A stretch of 63,044 nt of DNA, filler included, from Octopus bimaculoides (GCF_001194135.2; 6 parts of 6 records of this genome joined end to end with filler, not necessarily neighbours in it); one strand, 5' to 3'. Positions 23,885 to 35,531 are shown, counted from the first letter of the whole stretch. Notes: a model not told the origin generated them from the sequence alone. Translations and numbers: made by a program.

Positions 23885-24030
23885 TGTGTGTGGTAAGAAG
23901 CTTGCTTCCCAACCATATGGTTCTGAGTTCAGTCCCTCTGCGTGGCACCTTTGGCAAGTGTCTTTTACCAAAGCCTCGAGCCGACTCTACGAGTGGATTT
24001 GGGAGATGGAAACTGAAAGAAGCCCGTCGT
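23885..24030 (+). mobile_element. SINE family B copy
   Basis: gtgtggtaagaagcttgcttcccaaccatatggttctgagttcagtccc...gaaactgaaagaagcccgtcgta. Confidence 0.85.
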
Positions 24031-24167
24031 ACATATGCATATATATATATATATATATTTAATTCCCCCAAACAAACGGTGATAAAAAAAACACAAAAAA
24101 CACGACAATACGAAGACATGGTACATGTAAAATATTAGCAGACGCCCAGGGAAGGAAAGAAAGCTGG

Positions 24168-24200
24168 TTTTACGTTTCGAGCAAAGCTCTTCTCCAGAAA
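24168..24200 (-). ncRNA. Minimal (PLE-type) hammerhead-like motif, core mutated
   Basis: Minus strand TTT-CTGGAGA-A-GAGC-TTT-GCTC-GAAACGTA-AAA: perfect stem II and loop-less ACGT stem III. Confidence 0.45.
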
Positions 24201-24299
24201 AAGGAGACAGGAAAATCTAAGAGAAAAGGAAAACAGAGGGAAAAATCGCCAACAATCCACATGTAGCTATATAATATATATTTGAATATGTATGCATTT

Positions 24300-24465
24300 G
24301 AATGTCAGTGTTTGCCTCCCACCATCGCTTGACAACCGTAACTTAGCGGTTCGGCAAAGAGACCAATAGGATAAGTACTGGGCTTACAAAGATTAAGTCC
24401 AGGCGTCGATTTGTTTGGCTAAAGGCGGTGCTCCAGCCTTTGACTGAAACAAATAAAAGAATAAA
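24300..24465 (-). mobile_element. Repeat family C copy
   Basis: catcgcttgacaacc...aacttagcggttcggcaaagagaccaataggataagtact. Confidence 0.8.
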
Positions 24466-24490
24466 AGAAGATAGATAGATAGGGAGACAG

Positions 24491-24591
24491 AGAGAGAGAC
24501 TAATAGATAGAGGAGAGAGAGACTAATAGATAGAGGAGAGAGAGACTAATAGATAGAGGAGAGAGAGACTAATAGATAGAGGAGAGAGAGA
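24491..24591. repeat. 23-bp minisatellite x4
   Basis: (GAGAGAGACTAATAGATAGAGGA) with period 23. Confidence 0.9.
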
Positions 24592-24759
24592 CAGGCAGAC
24601 AGACAGACAGTAACACACTGAGTTACAGAGAGCGAAACTGGGAAAGATGTGCATCCATTCGTGTCTTTGTATGATTGTGTATAGAAGAATATATTACTCA
24701 AAGGAATTCCAAATCCGTTTTTCACGTTTTATTTATAATCTTATAATATTTTATTTTAT

Positions 24760-25057
24760 TTATGCGCCCTTTTCAAGCCTAGCCAGGCTCATGAGCCCGG
24801 TCTCCCGGTTTCTATGGCGTATGTGTTTCCTCCCTCTCCAGCTGGACGGGACGCCAGTCCATCGCAGCGTTACTCAAGAAACAGGAAGAAAGAGTGAAAG
24901 TTGGGGCGAAAGAGTACAACAGGAGTCGCCACCCCCCTGCCAGAGCCTCGTGGAGCTTTAGGTGTTTTCGCTTAATAAACCCGCACAACGCCCGGTCTGG
25001 GAATCGAAACCGCGATCTTCCGACCGCTGCCCTAACCACTGGGCCATTGCACCTCCA
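24760..25057 (-). mobile_element. SINE family D (longer tRNA-derived SINE)
   Basis: tRNA-like head at the right end (gggaatcgaaaccgcgatc...cctaaccactgggccattgc). Related pieces at 12905-13060 (+), 36165-36275 (-), 38725-38900 (+), 52605-52870 (+) and 59400-59655 (-). Confidence 0.8.
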
Positions 25058-25858
25058 TAATATTAATATAAGATATAAAATAATATATTAAAAAGAAATG
25101 AAATGAAGTATTAATTGTTAATTCTTATTGAACAAATGAAATATTAAATGCCCATTCTTGTTGAACTCGTATACTTTCTTGCATTTATGCAACCTTCAGG
25201 TTCATATGGTGGTGGGGACATTTGTGTTCATTTGTTTCAATTGTGTGTGTGTGTATATATATATATATTTTTTTTTTTTTTTTCATTTAGAATACAGAGA
25301 TGCCTATAATAGGACATCTGACCCGCTAGAAAGAGCAGCAAAAAACTCTATACCACAAAAATAGGAATAATTTCGAAAGGGAATGAAAAATAAAAACATT
25401 TACCAATCTATATTCCGTACCATGGTTTCAAGTTATTTTAGCAAGATAAAAATATACCTTACAAGGTCAAACTATCTTCAGCGGAATAACCAGATCACAT
25501 ATAAACACGAGTCATAGGAAACATGGCTTATGTTTATATGTNNNNNNNNNNNNNNNNNNNNNNNNNNNNNNNNNNNNNNNNNNNNTTAATTAATTAANNN
25601 NNNNNNNNNNNNNNNNNNNNNNNNNNNNNNNNNNNNNNNNNTATATATATATATATATATATATATGAATAAAAATTCATATGTATGAATATTGTGATTT
25701 AGACGTCGTGGGAGACGTGTAGAAAATGTCTTGTATTATTTTAGTGGGTTTTCGCCAACACGTAATTTGAGGTCAAAAAAGAAAATGTCGTTATGTCAAC
25801 AACATTTTGGTTTACAGTAGAATGATTTTCGCAAAAGTAACTTTGGTGCATGATGTAT

Positions 25859-25992
25859 CTATTGTTGTGCTGCTGCAGGGATTCTTACTGTTGTTGTTGT
25901 CTTATATTCTACTGGTGGTGGTGCTGGTTCTGGTGTTGGTCGTATTCTTGCAGTTGTTATTGCTGTTCCTGTTAGATATGTTTCTTTTACTT
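25859..25992 (-). CDS. Candidate terminal coding exon, unknown gene
   Basis: Minus strand ...catattgacatcag|AA GTA AAA... gives (E)VKETYLTGTAITTARIRPTPEPAPPPVEYKTTTTVRIPAAAQQ*. Plausible acceptor and Pro/Thr-rich peptide; no homology recognised. Confidence 0.3.
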
Positions 25993-26183
25993 CTGATGTC
26001 AATATGAATATGATAGAATTTATTAAAATGTGCATAAATCTACATAAACATATTCCCCTCTCAGATTCACACACTTATTCCAGTGGTCTTTCAGTTTTTC
26101 TAAGCCCTGTAAAAGAACCGTGAACTTTCGCAGCGAGGCCTTTACCCATACCCTTCCTTAAAACTAGGAATTTTTTGTACCCC

Positions 26184-26233
<50 letters not shown>

Positions 26234-28069
26234 TGTATGTCTGTGTTGGTGTGTGTGTGTGTTTTGTTGTGTTGTGCTGATGTCTACAAAACTGATATGG
26301 TTTAGAAGGCAGAGAGTGAAGTAGATAAACATTTATAGAGTTACATACGAAAAATATAAAGGAAAATTAGAACGTACCCGGACTGATTGCTAGGTGTGCA
26401 TCCATACATGCACATGCACACTCACAGAGGCTGTCACAAACACACACATGACACACGCGCATATACAACTAAATATTGTGCATACATACATATTTATATA
26501 TATTTATGTGTGTCTATGTGTCAGTACATATATGTATATATAGAGAGATATGGAGTGAGAGAAAGAGTAATAGATAATGCTATGTGAAAGATATTGTTGG
26601 TAATTTGAGACTAAAGCATGTGCGTGTCACGGAATCGATTCCCAAATGGGTTCGATACGCTTCGTTTCCTTTGCTAATAAATTCGCCAAAATCAGGGACC
26701 CTAACAGCGAACAATCCTTTGTCTATGGACGTCATTAGGTCTAATCATTACTTTGAAATATGCCGCTGATTGCTTATGAAAATATATACTTTCGCTGTTT
26801 GACTTTTATTCCCTTGGGTACAATAAACAAATATTCCACTCACGCATTGATGTGTGTGTATATATATATATATATNNNNNNNNNNNNNNNNNNNNNNNNN
26901 NNNNNNNNNNNNNNNNNNNNNNNNNNNNNNNNNNNNNNNNNNNNNNNNNNNNNNNNNNNNNNNNNNNNNNNNNNNNNNNNNNNNNNNNNNNNNNNNNNNN
27001 NNNNNNNNNNNNNNNNNNNNNNNNNNNNNNNNNNNNNNNNNNNNNNNNNNNNNNNNNNNNNNNNNNNNNNNNNNNNNNNNNNNNNNNNNNNNNNNNNNNN
27101 NNNNNNNNNNNNNNNNNNNNNNNNNNNNNNNNNNNNNNNNNNNNNNNNNNNNNNNNNNNNNNNNNNNNNNNNNNNNNNNNNNNNNNNNNNNNNNNNNNNN
27201 NNNNNNNNNNNNNNNNNNNNNNNNNNNNNNNNNNNNNNNNNNNNNNNNNNNNNNNNNNNNNNNNNNNNNNNNNNNNNNNNNNNNNNNNNNNNNNNNNNNN
27301 NNNNNNNNNNNNNNNNNNNNNNNNNNNNNNNNNNNNNNNNNNNNNNNNNNNNNNNNNNNNNNNNNNNNNNNNNNNNNNNNNNNNNNNNNNNNNNNNNNNN
27401 NNNNNNNNNNNNNNNNNNNNNNNNNNNNNNNNNNNNNNNNNNNNNNNNNACCTACATATATATGTATATATATTATATACATATATATTTTAGAAATATA
27501 TATATGTCATTATAAACAATCGATATTTGACCTGATGACTTACATTTATAGATATTCAAATGAACATATTAAACAATGAGGAAAATAAGTTATTTAGTTT
27601 TAAATATTTCTATAGCCTTATGTCCAAATTATTTGTTTTTATTTAAACACTAACGAGAGAATTCACTATCTCTAGATAATACAGAACGGAATTCGCTATG
27701 CCGTAAGCTAAGTTAAGCTTGGCAAATTCAAGTGGATGTTTGTTATCCGATCTATCATTGTGGATTTATTAATAAGAAAACGTTTGAAGCTTCAGAATTT
27801 GAAAATATGAAGGTTGTTGTTGCAGGTACAGATATAGATATAGATATAAGATATAGAAATGTTTGCCAAAAATATTTAGAATATATCCCTTGAGGAACAT
27901 AGCTTGTCAATAAAACCGCCGATACCGGGAATTCTCTGCGATTGGAATATTTTCGGTGAGATGTACTTTTGAAATATCGATTTTTGAAAAAATCTAGGGC
28001 AATGCTTATATACAGCTGTGGGCTTGCGTTACAGTTTGTTAAATTGAGAATCCGCATCCAGCGTATTAC

Positions 28070-28205
28070 TGGAGCTAAAGGCGGCGAGCTGGCAGAGTCG
28101 TTAGAACAATGGATGAAATGCTTAGCGGCCTCTCTTCCGGCTTTACGTTCTGAGTTCAAATTCCAACGTGGTCGACTTTGCTTTTCAAATTTTCGTGATG
28201 GACGA
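28070..28205 (+). mobile_element. SINE family A 5' copy
   Basis: aaaggcggcgagctggcagagtcgttag...gttctgagttcaaattcc. Confidence 0.85.
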
Positions 28206-28421
28206 AAATAGGAACCAATCAGACACTGGCGTCGAAATAATTGACTCCCACAACCATCAAAAACTACTAGCCCTGTGTCAAAATCTGAAATCATAAGGTA
28301 CATTATACTCCATCTTTCCTTCTCCCAGTGGTGGCGAAATACATTTATGTTATGTATGTGTTATATTATGGTTTTAGTGAATAATGACTTATGGATAAAT
28401 TTATTCAAATAACAGACTCAC

Positions 28422-28610
28422 TGAAATAATATGCCCTCCAAGACCATGGGCAGCATCAGCACATTCAATAACTGCACTAAGCTGGGGATAGCCAATGCCA
28501 GTTTTCTTTCTAGTGGTACACACTGAGCCAAGTTCAATTCTATCTTTGATAATATCTGCACCAGGAAGGATAAATTCTTCCACCATTTCTTCAGTGACAA
28601 CATTACCAGT
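28422..28610 (-). pseudogene. GMPR: Isolated GMP reductase exon (catalytic-loop exon), probably a pseudo-exon
   Basis: Minus strand: ctaatttctttttggatag|ACTGGT...ATTTCA|gtgagt, 189 nt, phase 0-0, open. Translation [63 protein letters not shown] matches the animal GMPR motif [63 protein letters not shown]. No other GMPR exon is visible in the sequenced part of the window. Confidence 0.9.
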
Positions 28611-28701
28611 CTATCCAAAAAGAAATTAGGTACAACTTATCTGAACATTATTTACCTTATTTACATTTGACGGCTATTTGTCGTCATCTTGTTTGTTGTT
28701 A

Positions 28702-28745
28702 ACACAACGTTTTAACTGATATACCCTCCAGCCTTCATCAGGTCT
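28702..28745 (-). ncRNA. Minimal hammerhead-like motif, degenerate
   Basis: Minus strand CTGATGA-A-GGCTG-GAGGGTATAT-CAGTT-AAAACGTT: core 1 intact, stem II with G-U pairs, GAAA mutated to AAAA. Confidence 0.4.
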
Positions 28746-28814
28746 CTTGGAGAAATTTCGAACCTGGGTTCTCATTCCTAGAGTATTTTTCCATGTTGTT
28801 GTTATTATTATTAC

Positions 28815-28860
<46 letters not shown>

Positions 28861-29184
28861 GAGTAGTTTTATTTTTATAGNNNNNNNNNNNNNNNNNNNN
28901 NNNNNNNNNNNNNNNNNNNNNNNNNNNNNNNNNNNNNNNNNNNNNNNNNNNNNNNNNNNNNNNNNNNNNNNNNNNNNNNNNNNNNNNNNNNNNNNNNNNN
29001 NNNNNNNNNNNNNNNNNNNNNNNNNNNNNNNNNNNNNNNNNNNNNNNNNNNNNNNNNNNNNNNNNNNNNNNNNNNNNNNNNNNNNNNNNNNNNNNNNNNN
29101 NNNNNNNNNNNNNNNNNNNNNNNNNNNNNNNNNNNNNNNNNNNNNNNNNNNNNNNNNNNNNNNNNNNNNNNNNNNNNNNNACAG

Positions 29185-29409
29185 GGAACAACTTTGGCCT
29201 GTTTACACAGCGCATCACTTAAACTGCGATTGGAACACATGCTCTTCTTTAACCCAGAGCTCAGCACATCATCTGGTACAGCTCCCGAAAACGTATCATT
29301 TATAGAAGCCAGAAAACCTGTTAATGGTCGATTGGAATTGAACCTTCTTCTTTTTCTCTTCCTCCTCCTTCTATTTTACTTATTTTTGATTTACCGGAAT
29401 AATATTTGA
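29185..29409 (+). CDS. Candidate terminal exon with hydrophobic (GPI-signal-like) tail
   Basis: After the gap, acag|GGA... gives GTTLACLHSASLKLRLEHMLFFNPELSTSSGTAPENVSFIEARKPVNGRLELNLLLFLFLLLLFYLFLIYRNNI*. The acceptor context lies in the gap and the tail comes from CT-rich DNA. Confidence 0.25.
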   Translation, partial: GTTLACLHSASLKLRLEHMLFFNPELSTSSGTAPENVSFIEARKPVNGRLELNLLLFLFLLLLFYLFLIYRNNI

Positions 29410-30184
29410 GAAGATTCACTTGTTTCCAAGAAAAGCTATCTGCAGATGTCTCAATTGACTTACATCCGATATCCTTCTAAATATTGATCTCTTCTTTCTT
29501 AATATCGACTGAATATGGTGATTATTACGATGGGAAATAATCAGATAGGAGAATTCCTCAAGATTTTGGCATTTCTTCGATTACTAATGCCACTACTGGT
29601 TGTTTGTGATAAGATTTGTTCTGTCGTATGAAACACAATTTCCCTGGAAATAAGCCGCCCAAACAATTATATAATAGTATAAAAACAGTTAGATAGCGGA
29701 ATCAGAACGGAATAATCTGCTTAGTGTGAAGTAGAGGAAGTTTAGAAGGGTGAAGATGGTAGGGTGGAGAGAGAGTTGGCGGCAAAAAAGAAAAGACATT
29801 TACGCGTGTTCGTGTTGTACAAAGCTGACAGAAAATACTAAAAGAGTATAAATACGAATATTAATAATATTCATGGTTATGATTATAAATGTGGTGGAGT
29901 GAGGGAATCGGTTGAGCAACGACGAGCAAAGTGTGTCGCGGTGTTTGGTAATGTCGCTTAGCGCCTTCTGTTCAAATCCAACAGGATGTGAATTTGGCCT
30001 CTTAACCCCTCCGAAATTATCAAGTAGATACCAGTAAAGGCGTTGGACTAGTGCTTAGACAGTTACCCGCACGAACGCTAAATTGACGGTTTGATTACCC
30101 GTCCGAGTGGCGTGGTGTCTTCTGGAGCAAAACACTTCGTGTCACGTTGCTGAAGTGCCGTGTGGAAACATATTTGTCAAACAA

Positions 30185-30800
30185 TACACGGGGGAGGTTA
30201 TGAAGCAGATAGAAGAGACGGACTATAAGTACTTGGGGATTTTGGAAACGGATAAATTGATGGAGAAAGAAATGACAGAAAAGTTTAAGGTGGTGTACTT
30301 ACGCAGACAGAGACTGATCCTTAAGTCAAAATTAAATGGACTGAATAAGATCGAAGCTATCAACACCTGGGCGGTTTCACAGCTTAGATATGGAGCAGGA
30401 GTACTCGCATGGACAGTAGACGAACTAAACAGCTTAGACAGAAAGACAAGGAAGTTGCTAACTAGATATGGGTCACTCCACCCAAAAACTGGCACATACA
30501 GACTGTATGTATCAAGAAAAAGAGGAGGAAGAGGACTTATTGGATGCGAACACAGCATTAGAGCAGAAGGAAACAACATAGCATGGTATGTAAAAGATGC
30601 CACAGAACCGCTGTTATTAGAAAGTCAGGCTTGTGTAGGATGAAAGATTGCAAAGAAAAATTACTATAGAAGAAATTGAAAACGAATGAAACTGAAAATA
30701 GATGGGTAAAGAAAAGAATGCATGGTCAATTTCATAGGGATGTTGAAGATAAGACAGACAGAGAAAAAAGATGACAGTGGATGACTAAAAGTTAACACTT
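30185..30800 (+). mobile_element. R4/Dong-like non-LTR retrotransposon, RT thumb/C-terminal remnant
   Basis: YKYLGILETD...YLRRQRLILKSKLNGLNKIEAINTWAVSQLRYGAGVLAWTVDELNSLDRKTRKLLTRYGSLHPKTGTYRLYVSRKRGGRGLI...RMHGQF. Confidence 0.9.
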
Positions 30801-31173
30801 TCATCCTCAGCAAGAAATTCCAAATTTTATTTAATTTGCTTTGCGGGAAGGACTGTTCCAACGAAGTCGCGTATTGCCCTTGCCTTGGAAACGCAGAGTA
30901 GATGGACAGGGACAACTGACGACGGGACATACTCTTTATGTCGCATGTCTCGTTTCTCTGTTTGTTTTATTCGCTGTTCGAAAAAAGTTCGTTTTCTGTT
31001 TTAGCTTTTATGTTATCGTTTTTCATTGTGTTTAACGTTTTTTTGATGTCCTATACCCATATATGCATGTATGTATACATATAGATGTAGGTATGTACGT
31101 ATATGTATGGATGTATGCATATCTCTATATATTTCTATTANNNNNNNNNNTGTGTGTATATATATATATGTAT

Positions 31174-31242
<69 letters not shown>

Positions 31243-33332
31243 TGTATATACATGTGTATGTGTGTATATGTGTGTGTGTAATTTTCAGGCAGCGTCTTAT
31301 CAAATGGGAGGGCAATATCGAATTTAATAAGATTTACTTTCATAGTGTAGGGTATAAAGGAGGAATATGTTAAAGAAATTTAAGAGTAAGATTATGTTAA
31401 TTCACTTTTAGATAAGGCGGCATAGAAATTGATCTAATAAAGACATTTGGATTAATTCGGAGTAAAATGAAATAGCGCAGAAATAATTAACCGAGAAAGT
31501 TTGCAGAAACAACAATAAGATAAAAACCATGTGTGCGTGTGTGTGTGTACGTGTGCTTGTGTGTAAGCATATATCTATCTATCTATCTAACTATATATAT
31601 ATATATATATNNNNNNNNNNATCGCTGAATGGTCAAGAAGTTTTCTTTAAATTTATGTTCGCCGAGTTCGATCTCTCTGGAGTGTCCCTTGGGCAAATGT
31701 AATTTTCCATTGTCTCGGGTAGCTCCATGTCTTGTGAATGAAGCTCGGTAGACGCAGACTGTCTACAAATATGTCGGGTGGATTCTGTCTTTAATTCAAA
31801 CAGTATAGATGATTCAAACTGAGAATAACGTCAAGGGTACACATGTCTGTGGAATACCCAACCATTTACATATTCGTACAGGAATGGGTAATTTAATTAA
31901 TAATGGAAAACCTATGTCAACGGTGGGTTATATATATGCTGAGGAAGAAGCAGTAATTATATGATCTTCTCCTCCTGCATATTTGACAATGTACTGCTTG
32001 CTCCTCTTTCATACAGTTATGCCAATAGACTATGAGATTTTGCCTTGTTTTCTGTATTTTATTATCAGCAACTATTATAGTACCTGGTGGATTTATGCAT
32101 CTACAGCTTGCTAACCAACAACACTCGGTGTTTTCCTTCCATTAGATGCAGAACAAGTTTTAGATACATTTAGTAATAAAACAAACGCGTCTTGTACGCT
32201 GGTTAATACGGCAGATTTGAAATATCTGCAAACGTGACCTACTCAGCTTTCAAAAAATATTCCCAATATAGACTGGCATTTCCAAATAAGGGAAAAGTAT
32301 GAGGAATCTTTGCTACAGTCACATGACTTCGGGTTAGAAGACGAAAAATGACGCAGAGGACACATTCATATATTGAAGTCTGAAATGATATTTTTCCGTA
32401 TGGCAGGATTTTTGTTCTGGATTTCAACACTTGATTGGTTTACTTCAAAATCCAATTGATTGCGACATCCGTGAATTTTCATTCATTATTTTCCTATATC
32501 AGCAACGACGGATTTTTTTTCTTTGCATGCGGTTGTCAGTGGATACCCTCAATTGAAGATGTCCAAATTGGCAGAAATACCCATCTAGCGATAACATCAT
32601 CGCTAATGGACGCTTTCCCTCTACTGCTGATATATTTTTGTGACTTTTAACATTGTACGTCAATAAGATACATCATCTCAGGACGAATGACGCAGTTAAT
32701 TTAGCGTCACGTGATGTACAGATTCGTGTTCTATATTTTGTTACAGCCCAATTTCAGTTTCAAGATTACTAACCTTATGATTTTGGCAATGGGGTTAGAT
32801 TGATCGTGCAGTTTGTTTCTGCAGATTTTCATTGAGCAATATAAAAGAGTTCATTTCCTGATCAATAATATTATCTCTTGCTGCTATCAGCACCCTATAC
32901 ATCTTAATAGGAATACAAATATTCAACCAGGTGGATGACATGTGTATCCAACCGAAATAAGATAAGTATTTAATGGTGCCCGCTTCCTTGCTTCTAATCT
33001 GTGGCAACAGATTAAGTTTCAGAAGAACTTCAAGACCACCAGAAATGAAATTATACCTGACACCGTTAAAAATAAGGAATACTGTTGGTGCATTTCTATA
33101 AAAAAAACCGACGGTAAACCAACAGTGTTGGTATTGGTTTACGGTGAGACAACATCGGCTGTTGTCAGATGTCCAGTTGTAGAAAAGAATTAAAATGTAT
33201 GGCATTGAATAAAACGAGTTTCTCAGCAACAGACAGGTCAAAAGAGCAGATCAATGTCAAGTGTCCATAACCAGAAGCTGAGATCGGCTGAGCTGGCTGC
33301 AACATATTATAAGACGAACAACAAAAAGACTC

Positions 33333-35265
33333 ACGAGATTGGAATAAACGAAGGGATATTATTTGACGATAAGATAGAATGCATAATTACAGTACGGTTG
33401 GAACGACTTCCGGAGATCTGAACAAATACTAAGATGGCTATTGGATACAGAGTTGTCTGGTTAATCCTTAGGATGAACCGAGATCTGACGATTGATAAAG
33501 ACCCTAAACTGGTAAATCTACGATGGAACGAAGAACTGAGGGTGGCTACTGAGTCATCATCCTGGAGTTCGTTGACTGCCAAATGCATCGGCCGATGTGG
33601 GGAAACCTAGATTTAAGTAAATATAGAGAACTGAGACAAAACTTGTAGTTTTTGTATCTCGGGTGTAGACTTTTATACTGAGGGTCTAGAGTTTTGTAAC
33701 TATAAGTATACAGAACTGTGTGAAAGGCTGATTTGAAAACAAGCCTAGAAATGAAGGGGGTTCCCAAGAAAGAACAAAGAAAACTAATTCGCATCTTACA
33801 CATCCCACCAATTAATGATGCAGTGAAAATTTTTGTAAAATCTTCCGAATTTCCACCATTTTAATTTCGTAAAATGGCGATATACATACAGTCAAGTGTT
33901 GATATGATGTGAATACGTATAAATAAAATGTAGTCGCATGCATTCGTGTAGTTAAAGGAAAAAATAGATAGATAGATATACTCATTACGTGGNNNNNNNN
34001 NNNNNNNNNNNNNNNNNNNNNNNNNNNNNNNNNNNNNNNNNNNNNNNNNNNNNNNNNNNNNNNNNNNNNNNNNNNNNNNNNNNNNNNNNNNNNNNNNNNN
34101 NNNNNNNNNNNNNNNNNNNNNNNNNNNNNNNNNNNNNNNNNNNNNNNNNNNNNNNNNNNNNNNNNNNNNNNNNNNNNNNNNNNNNNNNNNNNNNNNNNNN
34201 NNNNNNNNNNNNNNNNNNNNNNNNNNNNNNNNNNNNNNNNNNNNNNNNNNNNNNNNNNNNNNNNNNNNNNNNNNNNNNNNNNNNNNNNNNNNNNNNNNNN
34301 NNNNNNNNNNNNNNNNNNNNNNNNNNNNNNNNNNNNNNNNNNNNNNNNNNNNNNNNNNNNNNCAAATAGAACATTCTTCAAATATGCCTGACTATTTATT
34401 TTGCCCTAGGCGGGCCCTGATCAAAGCTTGTTCCCACCGTGACCATCCTGTCTTTTCTTGGCTACCGTATAAGTTCCTGTTCTTCACTGTTTTTCTAGAC
34501 AATGTCAAGAGCTTGTAAGAAAACATTTTACTGTTATTTCTAGCAGGTCAAGAGACCACATGCAGGCCCTATTGTTGATCCAGTTTTGTCAGAATTACTA
34601 TTTCTGTTGTCGTCGTTTCTTTAATGCCGAGTCAGCTTAGGTTGAGCAGAAGAAGCATCAAAGTCTTTCCGAACATGGCCATCCATTATGTATCTATATC
34701 GAGAACTGTATTATCCAATGCATCCCTATTTTGATTTAAGATTAGTAAGCCGTGATTATCTAGAATTTTGGCTGTTATTTCCAGCAGGTCGAGCGAACAC
34801 GTTCTGTCTCCTTCGTTAACCAGTGCCTCGCAATGTTCTTGTTGCGATCGTTTTGTTGTTTTTGTTGATGTTTTGATCATTTAGTCCCAGAACAAGCCCG
34901 ATCAAGCAAAATTATGATTAAAGACTTATGAAACGTGACCTTATTAAACTAGGATCAGATAGGACAAACTATTTTGAATGTAATGTTTACATATTCCATC
35001 TCAGTTGCGCGTGATTTGAAGAGGGCGGGATATTTTAGCCGCTATTTCTAGCCAAAATCAGCGACCAGGTGGAAGATTGTCCCTAGATTGGAAGGTGAGT
35101 GATGAGTCACCAAAACAAGAGTATGTTAACGAGATTGGATGCGGAATAAACGAAGGGATATTATTTTACGATAAAATAGAATGCATAATGACATTAAGAG
35201 CAGGACGACTTCCTGAGATCTGAACAAATACTAAGATGGCTGCTAGATACAGAATAGCCTGATTA
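33333..35265. repeat. About 135-bp dispersed direct repeat (33333-33460 and 35130-35265)
   Basis: Shared cgagattgg..ggaataaacgaagggatattattt.acgataa.atagaatgcataat...gacgacttcc.gagatctgaacaaatactaagatggct...gatacaga. Confidence 0.9.
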
Positions 35266-35457
35266 AAACATAAGCTACGGGATGGGAGCGGTGGGGAGCC
35301 ATGTAACCCCACGCCCAAAACCCTTAGATAAAACCTTCTGGATTACTAAATGAAAACAGAGACTACACACGAACGTATACGTTCATATGCGAACACACAC
35401 TCACATACATATCCACATATGCACACATGCACTCAGGTAAGTATATATTTGTGGGTG

Positions 35458-35492
<35 letters not shown>

Positions 35493-35499
35493 CTATATC

Positions 35500-35531
<32 letters not shown>

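Noticed and set aside
27733-27827. Possible + strand phase 1-1 exon VDVCYPIYHCGFINKKTFEASEFENMKVVVAG
   Set aside because: Poor polypyrimidine tract, weak donor (gtacag), no recognised homology, and it does not splice in frame to the 29185 candidate.
30915-30960. CTGACGA followed by a short hairpin, possible hammerhead
   Set aside because: No GAAA/GAAH segment at the required position.
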